64,000 nt of DNA from Macrostomum lignano (taxonomy: Eukaryota): the NCBI GenBank assembly GCA_002269645.1, contig NIVC01000892.1:248001-312000 (forward strand). Reading direction: 5' to 3'. Position numbers and translations under genes: made by a program. Below, in pieces: positions 1 through 11,800 of this stretch. A model generated the notes under the pieces. That model searched no databases. It saw nothing but the letters and a program-made list of their open reading frames with translations, and was not told where the DNA came from. Position 1 is the stretch's first letter, and every line of letters starts with the position of its first letter.

Positions 1-356
1 CCTATGTAGTGTATTAATAAGCAATACGAGCGTATCTGCAGGAATAATAAAAACCCACTGAAAATCTCCTCCAAAGTGCTGTATTTTGTGTTTACTTCGC
101 TGAGCAAGAGCAGTGTCAGTGGTAATAAATCAACGTAATTATCCTTTGATTGGCTCGGGCAGGCTTTTGACGAAAATGGACCGACCAGCAGTAAACAGGA
201 TCTGTTTTCGCTTCACTAGAACCAATTTGACTAGTAAATACGCATTACATACTACTCGATAATTCTGCCTAATGGTTAAAACATCTATAGAATAGATTTG
301 ATACATGTACTTATTTAAGCAGTCTAGCTTCATATTCTTCGTCACATCACTACTGC

Positions 357-830
357 ATGCTATCTGCACACTATCTGCACACTATCTGCACACTATCTGC
401 ACACCATCTGCAAAATATCTGCACACCATCTGCACACCATCTGCACACTATCTGCACACCATCTGCACACCGTCTGCACACTATCTTCACACCGTCTGCA
501 CACTATCTGCACACCATCTGCACACCATCTGCACACTATCTGCACACCATCTGCACACTAATCTGCACATTATCTGCACACCATCTGCACACCATCTGCA
601 CACTATCTGCACACCATCTGCACATTGTCTGCACACTATTTGCACACTATCTGGACACTATCTGCACACCATCTGCACACCGTCTGCACACAGTCTGCAC
701 ACTATCTGCACACCATCTGCACACCGTCTGCGCACCGTCTGCACACTATATGCACACTATCTGCACGCTATCTACACCTTATCTGTACGCTATCTGCACG
801 CGAGTTGCACACTATCTGCATACACGTACT
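357..830. repeat. 11-bp minisatellite (ATCTGCACAC[C/T])n
   Basis: Tandem unit read directly; explains the repetitive HTICTLSAH-type ORFs. Confidence 0.95.
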
Positions 831-1637
831 ATTTGAAAACTATTAACACACTACTGCAAAAGCAATCTTTATGAAACTAGAGGCATAGGGAAATGAGACT
901 ATAGATGCACTGAAGAATGAAACTAGATGCTTTTGGGAATGAAAGTTCATAAAATTAAAGTAAAATTCTCTGTCTAAAGAACGAATTTCATTCTGTCAGA
1001 ATGGCGTAGATGAAACGGGTCTTTTGGAATCGAATCAATCACTAAGGAATCGAATTCTGCATGAAAGTTCGGCGAAAATCATTCGCAGTTGCAATTATTC
1101 ATAGAAAAATGACAAAGAAAGACAAAACGACAAAGAATCGAGTCTAGCTATTGATCTCAGAATCTGCAGGTGAGGTGTCGAATTACTCGTTTCAGCTCCT
1201 TCTATCAGTATTCGATAGATTTTTAGAGAATAAAAATGACGTATCCAAGCAGCTATAGGATTGAATAATTAAATTTCGAATTTGACCAATCAGGTTGTAT
1301 CGAATTTAAACAAATTTAATATATAAATTGCATCTCAGTTCTTTGTTAAAATGCTACTTTGCCGACAATTTGAACTGGAATTTTTCAGAACGGAGAATTG
1401 CGAAAGAGCAGTACAGCACTAAAGTCTGCCAGGTAAGAAGCAATCTACAATTGCTTGACAGCAATCTGACGAATGAATATTGGCGAATTCAATAAACCTC
1501 TTCTTCTGCCTCTAAATAGCAGAATGACATGATTAAAATATTTGCAGAAAACTGAGTAGCTTTGAAGCAATTGAATTCGAAGCAATTAGTAAAATTAAAA
1601 TAGCTAAACCAAACAAGTTTCAGAACATAGAGCCGTT

Positions 1638-1982
1638 ATGGACCAGAGACATTGTGGATTGAGCAGTGATGGACCAAAGACATTGTGGATTTGAGCAGTG
1701 ATGGACCAAAGACATTGTGGATTGAGCAGTGATGGACCAAAGACATTGTTGATTGAGCAGTGATAGACCAAAGACATTGTGGATTTGAGCAGTGATGGAC
1801 CAAAGACATTGTGGATTGAGCAGTGATGGACCAAATACATTGTTGATTGAGCAGTAATGAACCAAAGACACTGTGGATTCAGCAGTAATGAACCAAAGAC
1901 ACTGTGGATTCAGCAGTGATGAACCAAATACAATGTGGATTGAGCAGTGCTGGACCAAAGACATTGTGGATTGAGCAGTGCT
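1638..1982. repeat. 31/32-bp minisatellite (TGGACCAAAGACATTGTGGATTGAGCAGTGA)n
   Basis: About 11 tandem units, ending about 100 bp upstream of the GPCR ATG. Confidence 0.95.
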
Positions 1983-2089
1983 GATACCTGTATCGAAGCT
2001 AAAAATGGGCATCGAACGTTCACGGTTTGACTCGGAACTGAATAAAAGTTTTATGTTCCTCATTCTTTCAGAGACAAACTCCATCAAGG

Positions 2090-3073
2090 ATGCTGGACAA
2101 GAACTCGAGCACGGCAAATTCTCTGGACACTCGCCTAATCTACGTGCCAGTGAACGCGCTGGGCATCCTGCTCAACCTGCTGTTATTCGTCTACCTGGTG
2201 TGCAATCGAGTAACCAGCCGGTTACCGTTGGCTCTGTTCAGACTGCAGGCCTGGTTGGACCTGAGCGTGTGCACGGCCGCTCTGCTCTACCAGCTGCAGG
2301 ACTGGAACAATTTACCTCTGTCTGGTTGGCTACCGTTGGATCTGTTTCTGTGCAATGTGGCCTACACTGGCATGCTGTTCTGGTGCCTGTTCCTCTGGTC
2401 CGTGTTCAACCTGTGCCTGGTGGCCTGCGAGAGATACGTGGCCGTGTGCCAGCCGATGCGCTACAAATTCCTGAAGATGCGAACTGTTCTGCTCGGAATT
2501 GGCGCGTGCGTCCTGGCCAGCGCTCTGGTTTCGGCTCCCTGGTGCCTGCCGGAGATGCTGATTGACGGCGTCTGCGACCCGTCGATTCAAGGCGATTACG
2601 TAATCAACCGCTGGCGCATGTTCTTCACTATCCAGTTTCATATTTGGTTTTTTGTAGGCTTCGCCCTGCCGCTGCTGGCAATGTCGGTGTTCTACGGCCT
2701 GATCCTGTGCGAGCTGCACGGCAAGCGGCATTCTTGCACCACCTTCAGCTCGGCTGCCAGGAGCTTCACCAAGGTGATGCTTGCAGCCAGCGCCGTGTTT
2801 GTTGTCACCCAGGCCTTTCCAAACCTGCTGTGGTTCCTGGACGGTGCGTTGCACGTCCTAGACGCGGGCATGCAGGAGTACTTCACCGAGAGTGCCTCGA
2901 TCAATATTCTTGTTTACCTGCTGACTGCGGTTAACAGTCTGGCCAATCCCTTTATCTATTTTGGAGCTCACCTGCACAGGCGGCTTTGTAGGCAGCCAGG
3001 TACAACGACAGCAACGTCGCAGCAGCAGCAGCAGTCCGAAAGCAACTGGCAGGTGCAAATCACCCGTCTGTGA
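2090..3073 (+). CDS. Intronless class A (rhodopsin-like) GPCR, 327 aa, orphan
   Basis: Seven hydrophobic segments; N in TM1 (GILLNLL), D in TM2 (WLDL), CERY at the TM3 end (DRY variant), Cys in ECL1/TM3 and ECL2, NSLANPFIY (NPxxY) in TM7; acceptor-like TTCTTTCAG at 2063-2071 just before the ATG. Confidence 0.92.
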   Translation: MLDKNSSTANSLDTRLIYVPVNALGILLNLLLFVYLVCNRVTSRLPLALFRLQAWLDLSVCTAALLYQLQDWNNLPLSGWLPLDLFLCNVAYTGMLFWCLFLWSVFNLCLVACERYVAVCQPMRYKFLKMRTVLLGIGACVLASALVSAPWCLPEMLIDGVCDPSIQGDYVINRWRMFFTIQFHIWFFVGFALPLLAMSVFYGLILCELHGKRHSCTTFSSAARSFTKVMLAASAVFVVTQAFPNLLWFLDGALHVLDAGMQEYFTESASINILVYLLTAVNSLANPFIYFGAHLHRRLCRQPGTTTATSQQQQQSESNWQVQITRL

Positions 3074-4337
3074 GCAAGCAGAGCTCAGACTTTGATATTC
3101 AAGAAAGCGAACCGAAGTACTTCAACCACTAACTGAAGAAGTTCAAGAAAATTTAGTCAGTTGGTCCAATCGACTACAAGATGCACTCTCAGAGTTACAG
3201 TGGTTTTAGGGGTGGTATTTTATGACACTGATTTACCTAAAGATTAACTTGACTTATAAAACTGTCGTACATCTTTAATTAATACTATTGAATATTTGCA
3301 TCCCAAAGTACGAACTACTTGTACTCAGTTATTTCTTAGACCTTTTTGTTCCATCGTTCAAGCAGTTTGCATTAGCAAGGTTAACAAGGTTTTTTAGATG
3401 CAACCTCATCGAGACAAAGCTAGAAATTCTTTTTCCAAAAAGTACTACTGAAAGCTGCTGAGTAGTATGACTAGTGCATTGGTGAATATATATATTTTTC
3501 AACACAGAAATTAACAGATGAAGCGCGGTACTCAAAAGAGCTCAAATTCCAAAAGTGCTTTTCCCGAAAAGCGGAGACAATAAAACAATACTCGTAGTTA
3601 AAACAAAAACAATGTCAAAATACGCTGCTCAAGTCGTATAAAAAACAGGTGCTACAGGTCGCCGATCTTGAAGGCGGTTCACGGTTCACATGTAGAACGT
3701 CCCTCACGGAATGAAAGGCAGCCTTGGAACCAGATCTTCGAGGTAGACGAACTGTTAGCATCGCGGAAGTTCCGTATAGGTAAACACAAAAAATTTGGAT
3801 TCAACTCAATCGCTTCGTGCCTATCGAAAAGCTGAAACTGTGCGGGAATAATCCTGAGGCTCTAAGCAGTTTGGCAAAATCTTGAGTCCCTAATTCGCAA
3901 ATCAATTTTTAGTCGGGGAAATTTCTCTAATCTTCTTCTATGCCACCTGCTAACTAATTACTTTGCAATCGGTTCTCTCTCTGTCTCCTGTCTCTCTCGG
4001 CCTCTCTCACCTGGTCACGCAATCTTCGGATTCTCACGCACGAGGTCTTCGGATTCTTGCTTTCAGTTAATGATGAAGAATATTTCAAGTTCTGAGCAGC
4101 AAACGAACTGACAAAAGCTTTGATCCAGTGCAATTGCTTGTTGCTATGGAGATCGCTGAGTTTCCGAGTGAAGAAGAAGATGACGGTTTGCAAGTTTGCA
4201 CTTTTGTTTGTTGTAGCTCGTACCTACATGTACCTCGGCATGCACATCGATAAAAAAGTTACAGCTTGTGTTTCAGTTCGGCTAGATTGTAATCTGTTTA
4301 TTAAAATATTTGTCTATGGATGCATGGGTCTGTTAGA

Positions 4338-5176
4338 GAGATGAAGCTGTTAGATAGAGATTAACCTGTTAGATAAGAGATGAACGTATTAGATAGGGGA
4401 TGAGCGTGTTAGATAAGGGATGAACGTGTTAGATAAGGGATGAACGTGTTAGATAAGGGATGAACGTGTTAGATACGGGACGAACGTGTTAGATAGGGGA
4501 TGAACCTCTTAGATAAGGGATGAACGTGTTAGATAGGGGATGAACCTGTTAGATAAGGGATGAACGTGTTAGATAAGGGATTAACGTGTTAGATACGGGA
4601 TGAACGTGTTAGATACGGGACGAACGTGTTAGATAGGGGATGAACCTCTTAGATAAGGGATGAACGTGTTAGATAAGAGATGAACGTGTTAGATAGGGGA
4701 TGAACCTCTTAGATAAGGGATGAACGTGTTAGATAAGAGATGAACGTGTTAGATAGGGGATGAACCTCTTAGATAAGGGATGAACCTGTTAGATAAGGGA
4801 TGAACGTGTTAGATAAGGGATGAACGTGTTAGATACGGGATGAACGTGTTAGATAGGGGATGAACCTCTTAGATAAGGGATGAACGTGTTAGATAAGAGA
4901 TGAACGTGTTAGATAGGGGATGAACCTCTTAGATAAGGGATGAACCTGTTAGATAAGGGATGAACGTGTTAGATACGGGATGAACGTGTTAGATAAGGGA
5001 TGAACCTGTTAGATAAGGGATGAACGTGTTAGATACGGGATGAACGTGTTAGATAAGGGATGAACGTGTTAGATACGGGATGAACGTGTTAGATACGGGA
5101 TGAACGTGTTAGATAGGGGATGAACCTCTTAGATAAGGGATGAACGTGTTAGATAAGGGATGAACGTGTTAGATAG
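4338..5176. repeat. 20-bp minisatellite (AGATAAGGGATGAACGTGTT)n
   Basis: Units align in register with the 60-nt lines; about 42 copies. Confidence 0.97.
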
Positions 5177-5689
5177 ACTCTCAACTTTATTAGAACTATT
5201 TTTTTCGAAACGATACTTGAAATTTACTTTAAAAATGGATTTTTTTCGTTTGAAAAATTCACGAACCTTAAATATTATTTTTCCTGTTGTAGTTTATGCA
5301 TGCGAATATACACTAAATATATTTGCTTACTTTGCACAAGAAACTGTGTGCCAGAGGAAATTGATGAAGAAGCAATGAGCAGCTGAGTGAGAGACTGGGC
5401 CAGGTGAGAAAAGTCCGGACAGGCCTATTTTACCTCTTCGAGAAGCACTCACCAGAGAGTTGCAAGAGAGTAATCTCCAAGATCGTGACAGACAGACATA
5501 CGTGCGAGAATCAATATCCTAAATACTCATATAGATAGTGGGCTAGGACAAGAAATACTTGAAAAACGGCTTCTAAATATAGACATGATTTTTTTACAAA
5601 TGACGTCTACAAATCACAGGTGACAAGCAAAAAACTTTCTGATTTCAGATTCGGACTAGCCATCATCGACTTTCAGATTTGGCAAGTAA

Positions 5690-5750
5690 AGAATTGGTTG
5701 TTGTTGTTGTTGATGTTGTATGTTGTTGTATGTTGTTGCTGTTGTTGTTT

Positions 5751-5804
<54 letters not shown>

Positions 5805-5952
5805 TTGTATGCGGTGAGCCTCTCCTAAAGGTGACACCAACCGATGGCCCCTAGGAGAAGCGCTATTTCGTCGGCGCGAGCGAGTTGACACATTTCGGTA
5901 ATGCCGTGAGTATGGCGTTGGATGTCCAGGGCCGGGCAGTTGAGAAGGTGTG
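5690..5952 (-). mobile_element. 5'-truncated non-LTR retrotransposon 3' end with (CAA)n tail
   Basis: Minus strand of 5952-5825 reads THLLNCPALDIQRHTHGITEMCQLARADEIALLLGAIGWCHL-stop, resembling the H-x4-C end of a LINE ORF2 CCHC knuckle, followed by a long (CAA)n tract at 5805-5690. Confidence 0.55.
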
Positions 5953-6014
5953 TTGTTGTTGTTGTTGGTGGTGGTGGTGTTGTTGGTGTCTTTGTCTTTG
6001 TTGTTGTTGTTGTT
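5953..6014. repeat. Imperfect (GTT/GGT)n microsatellite
   Basis: Read directly; flanks the LINE remnant. Confidence 0.85.
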
Positions 6015-6964
6015 TTATTTTTTTCGATACATATGGGCTCCGATGCTACTTTTTTCTTGTATGAAATTCTGCTTATTTAACAGAATCAAACATAGCTCGT
6101 AGCGAATCAGAACTAAAATATATATTTTATTTGTGCATGCAGTTTGGATGCAAGTCCGTCGGGAAGAAGGAGGATAAAGTATTAATAAATTTTGACATGT
6201 CATCAGAGAAGCCACAACAATCAATCAATGCTATCAGACCTATTAGATTCTATCAGATAGCTACCGCGAGGCAATTTCTTATGAGGGGAAAATTGTTTTA
6301 ATAATGATTGCCTATCGAGGCTTTTTCCTTCGAATTCCGGATGAGATCCCTCAGAGGCCTGCAGACTCCTAAAGCAGATTCAGCAATCGATGTAGCTATC
6401 GAGGCTACAGCAGATCAAGGAAAAGAGGCAAATAGATTGAAAAAAACAGCGTATAGATCGAAGCTCACGGCAGTTTTCAAAGTCTAACAGACCTAAATTT
6501 AGTACCCAGAAACGCAGCTTTTTTTCGACGTGATTCTCAAAGCGAAGTGTCCTATCAATACGAAGATAAACAAACTTATTTGATCAATTATACATCCATG
6601 GACAACTGCTGTAGAAGGACGCTGCAATCGATGTTTTTGAGAAATGAGGTGGAGGGGCGGCTAAGGAACGTATATTTGTCGCATCCGAAGAGTGTTGACG
6701 TCATCTTGTACTCGTATAGAGCGCCATAAGGACGTTAGAGTCAATTTTATTAATGCCGCAGTCACGTCTTTTTCGTCTATGGCACAAGGTGTGGCTATGT
6801 TGTTGCCCTTATTGGGCAACTTAAAACAATACTCTGGTCGCATCGCTAAGAACGCATTACTCTAAATGGGGTCTCGCCAAAGACACATCTGGTCAAAGGA
6901 AATCCTCCCTAGAAACATCTCTCGATTTCTCATGAGCATACCAATATAAGTTCCTTATTCGCCT

Positions 6965-7085
6965 TAGCGGCAGCTATTGCAAAGGCTGCGTGCGGCTGTT
7001 CAGTCCAAGGACTGGGGGGTCGCCACACACACCCCTCAATTACTGTACCCCAGCTAATGGTGGCACCCATTTTACAGCTGGGTGG
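6965..7085 (-). mobile_element. SINE fragment (3' half of the CORE-like SINE family)
   Basis: Matches GGCTGTTCAGTCCAAGGACTGGGG...GCACCCATTTTACAGCTGGGTG of the full-length copies. Confidence 0.85.
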
Positions 7086-8863
7086 GTGCATTGCGCGTGC
7101 AGTGAAAACCGGCTTAGGCCGGTTATTAAAGCCGGTTATTAGCTATTCGGAAATTCAAACGAGTTAACAGTGCGTTTTACTTAGGAGTCAATAAATAGTA
7201 TCTGTATTAAGCATGCTTAACTACTAAAACATTATCGTCGCTTCATATTTATATTCAGTAGATCGTTCGATTTCAAACTAGCTAAAATGACTACGACGTT
7301 AAGACGTGTCGCAGTCAGTCATCATTAGCTAAATTAGCTAATTAGGGTTGTTGTCATTAGCTAAAACGCCTTGCAAACTAAATGGCTTATTATGAGATTA
7401 AATCTGAACACTGCCTAATGAATGGCTAGCGAAAGTCGAGGGTACACCCTAAGTGAGAGCGCGTGGTGTCTGCTTCCTGTGTGCAAACTTGCCTCCTAAA
7501 TTTTCGACCTGATTTGCTATGATGACCGAAGCCCGGCATATCAACACACTGATTTAGTAAAAGCTGATGTCGTGCACCTGTCTAACCATAGGAAACAGTA
7601 CTCGCAACATTCTGTGCTACTTAATTCTCCAGTCTCCTGTAAGCGCGCCTCATCCAAACAAAAAGATTGAACTCGGAACATCCTACAAGCTGATGTATCC
7701 CAGTTCATAATTAGCATAGTAAACCGCAGCAAACAAAAGGGTTAGCATGCATCGATCCCTCATTTCGACAGATTGCTCATTAAGACGCGCACAAAATGCT
7801 CATACTACTTGCCCATTTGCATCTAGGTCCATTGGCAAAGTCACCATTGAACGATACATGCAGTGTGTGTATCGAGTCGAGCTTTGAGCATCCGCTCTCA
7901 ATCTGCTCGCTAACTAGCTAGCTCGTGCACTGCAACTTGAGACAGAAGCGACTCGTATGCGCAGGCGAACTAATCCTCCGAGTCGCCTCAAATATGTCCT
8001 ACTCGTACTTATAATTACTTCTAATCCCTTCTTCTGTATGTCTATACTCGCGGAGTAGCTATGCGTGTACTCAGTTGAGTTTGCGAATTCATCCAAAGCT
8101 ACCACTGCCTGTGGCTGCATGTGAGCTATACGTACGCTCACGCATGCACACTGGGCACGAGAGGGAGAGGGGGGGGGAAACGGCTCAGCATCTGGCTGCC
8201 GAGCTTTAAAGCAAGTGCTTCAATCCCGTCCTGTGCCCAGCACGCACCATTGAGCTGCCCATGCTTTTTCTTGATTCGCCCATTTCTTCCATCCCAACGG
8301 AGCCCCTCCCTTGGCCTGTACCCTTTTTTGATCTCCGTTTTTGCAGGCTTCCCTCCATCCAACATCCACCGACGGGAATGCCCTACTCTCCTCTCATGCA
8401 TGCAGGTCTCGAAGCCGCATACAGTAGCTCTTAATCCCTTGCCCCATGCTAGATCTTTCCTTGTTGGTCCACTTCTTTCTTCGTTAAGTAATACTATGAA
8501 AGTGTATATGAACACCTCTTGCATACTTCGCTAGATACGAGCTACATAGCATGTATTCATCTTCGATTGTATTCGCATTTTCAGAAGTGCAACAACCCCT
8601 CTCCTCGCCAAACCGCCCACAAGGCCACTGTAGATTGAACCACGAGCCTGTCCTTACACTTGTATTGTGATTGCACCTTACAATCTCATCCAATGGTTGA
8701 GTTCCCCAGCGGCTGAGCTTAGCTAGCTTAGCTACTATAATAAGACTTATTTTACCTGCGTAGGATTGAGGTACGAGCTACCTAGTTACGCCGACGTATT
8801 CAGACTCGATAAGGCGCTGTATTGAACCCTGATTATTCGATCAGTTGTGCCAGCATTCACCGC

Positions 8864-11800
8864 ATGAGTCATCCGCAGCGTCGCTGCAACTCGGCTACCA
8901 GCCGTAGCAGCGCTTCCGGCGACTCGAACCATGAAGGCGGCGGAAGTGGCACGGTCGCAGGTGGCGCTACCGCAGCTACCGGCGGATGCTTTGAGTCAGT
9001 GCACGAACGGGTTGGCAGCTACTTTAAAGTCAAAGGGATTAGAAGAACGTCTAGGTGAGTGCATGAAGCTTTACTATAGTATTACTGAGCAAGCACGCGA
9101 GAGCTTATAAAAGAGTACTTGATGCGTCAAGTCCATAATTTCCTTCTTGAGTCAGCTAATGAGTGGGTACATGTAATTCTTGGGTGAGCTTTAAGTTCGA
9201 AAAAGTTCATGGCTGAGTTCATCAGTGTGTTCCCTGCAGTGGCTCCTTTGCTCTCGCCCCTAGCCTTCTCCGACGTGTCCCCGGCATCCCGTTTCGGCCA
9301 TGCATTGTTGCGCAACTGTGGCATGCTGTTCTGACTATATGCACTTTTTAAATTAAACCTGCTCTAATGGGCAGATGTGCAACCGACAGCTGAGCCGCAG
9401 CCATTTCGCGGAGCATCTAAAAGGCTGCTTACGGCTTTTAATTCAGTGCAAGGAGGGGGGGTCGTCACACACCCTCAAATACTCCCAAGCTATAATGCTG
9501 TACCCATTTTACAGACTTACAATAACTTCAGTTAACCTGGGTTAACTGAAGGAATGCAGAGTTATAAGTGTCTTGATGACTTCATCAAAGACGCAATTGT
9601 TACGAGTGGGTCGAAAATCGAACCCCGACCTTTCAGTCGTGAATCCGACGCTCTAACCACTATATCAGTGCTTGAACTCAATGCGGGATCTAGGCAAGCG
9701 GAGTTCAAGGGGATCGCGAAGAAAATCCTTGGATCCGCCACTGGCTACAGCTAGTACGTTCAGAGGCGCAGCCAGGAATTTTGGAGAGATAGGGTTTGTA
9801 GATCAATGCTAAGGGTCAAGAGGGTTGACGACTTTTGACTTCCATCCTGTACAGAATTCATCCCTCTACAAGAAGAGGAGGTCGTGTACAAAAAAGCCCA
9901 TTACTCCTCTCAAAATGAAGATTGACAAAAATCGAGTTGTGCATCTTGCAGAGAGATAAATTTTGTATAGCAGGATGGCGAAGAATAATTCCATGCAGCT
10001 TTCTACGTTCAATAATAAATTCCAGGGAGCATTAGAAAAAACCAGCCTCTAACAATTATTTGCATGATTTGGCCAGTTTTCCCTCCCTAGTTAAGTACTC
10101 CCTGGTGTAGTGTTAAAGATTGGCCTTAATTCATGACGTTATACTTGAGCATAATATTCGGTGGGTTCGTAGCTGACGGGTGGTGGGGGGGGGGGGGTCG
10201 GCGTGAGGCTGTAGCTGGGAGACAGTGTGATTTTCATGGTAGGTTGTACCCATATCCGCAGCAGGTCTCCAAAGGAAAGCATAATTTATTGATAATTGAT
10301 TACTGACAATTAAAACGGGTTTTAGAAGAATTTTAGGGAAACCCATTTTTAGCAATCTGAAACCGCAGCAAAACAACGACTATTTAGACGTTAATTATAG
10401 AACCGGCGGTAACAAAAAGCAAAAGAATCAAATAAAAACGTTTTTATTAGTTTTTCTACCGCATATTCGTGATTTTTTGTTTTAACGCGCCTTTCCATGA
10501 AATAATTCTATAAGCGTCGGCTCCTTAGCGCTTGAGCTGTATAGTGGCATTGTGGCATAGCTAGGCTAGGCCTACTTCATTGTGTTACTATTGCACGTCT
10601 GCCTGATCTAATCTGATAGTCGCGAACTTCATTTGTGAGGCAGTCACTGTTAAGTTGATTGTCAAAATTCGCACTGCGAATTGATTTTGCTATCTATTCT
10701 TTTATTGTAGTATGGCAGAGAGACTCATTTCTTCTACTGGCTACGTACCTGAAGACGGAATGACTGGCGCTCAGCTTTTCGAGAAAGGAGCTGGTATGAC
10801 ATACAAGTAAGCAACAATAAACAACTTCTATGTCGTTCCATTCATTTGTAACAATAAAACTTTGAGTTGAATCTTTTAAATAATTGAATATGATTCTATA
10901 AGTATGAAAACATGTCATGATAAAGTTGGCTGATTTTTTGTCAAATAATTTTAGGCCTACTTTAAATAATAAATATGACTGACCATAACCAATCCTAATG
11001 ACCTAAGCAAAAGAAATTAATTATTTAAATATTTTTTTAAAATTTAAACCCTAATTAGGCCTATCAAAAAATCTGGTCCTAGTCCAATTTATACCAATGC
11101 AAAACAAAACTCAAAAGCTTTAAGCCTTTAAGTTTAAATTGTGCATATTTGTTTTAGATAGTGACAAATAGTAATGGTTCAATAAATATCTAATGACAAT
11201 GTATTCATATATCTTGGTTTTACTTTATTGTGTTTTATTTTGTTTTTGTCTTATTATTTTGTTTAAGACAAATTAATATTTTATTAATATTCCTAATTTA
11301 TAAGCAATAAAACATTAAGCTGGTCTAAAAACCTGGACTTCTTAAACTTTAGATAGATAAAATAGTTACAGCTTTGATAAGATCATAATTTTATCTCTAT
11401 ATATAACAGTTTTTAATAATGTGGATTTTAACTTTAAGCTTCATTTTTTGTAGCTAAAAGCCAACTAACTACTACTAGGGCATAGGTAACAAGTCTTATG
11501 AGCTATATACAAGGTAAGAAAAATTTAAAAATGTAAAAAGGTATCAACTTTAAAAGTGAATAAAATAAAAACAATAAACAATATAAAAAAGCTACAATAT
11601 ACACTAAAAAGCTGATAAATGCTATTTTCTGATAAGTGTCTAAGTGTTTAAATCGTGCAAGTATAAAAAAGTTATACTTGGTCAAACATATTTTGTACTA
11701 AATTTTTAAAATGAAGTCAAAAAATCTAAAGAATATATACTTCTAGAAAATTGAAAACCATTGCAAAATTAAAGGAATATAACAAAAGATAGTAAACACA

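Noticed and set aside
305-874. 189-aa and 159-aa His/Cys-rich ORFs
   Set aside because: Translations of the 11-bp tandem repeat
3550-3800. GC-richer patch downstream of the GPCR
   Set aside because: No interpretable frame or repeat match within the window
6250-8700. Short ORFs suggesting a decayed retroelement
   Set aside because: No RT, RNase H or integrase motif could be recognised
9688-9790. Harbinger-like end motifs GGATCCGCCACTG and AGGCGCAGCCAGG
   Set aside because: No partner TIR or TSD could be paired
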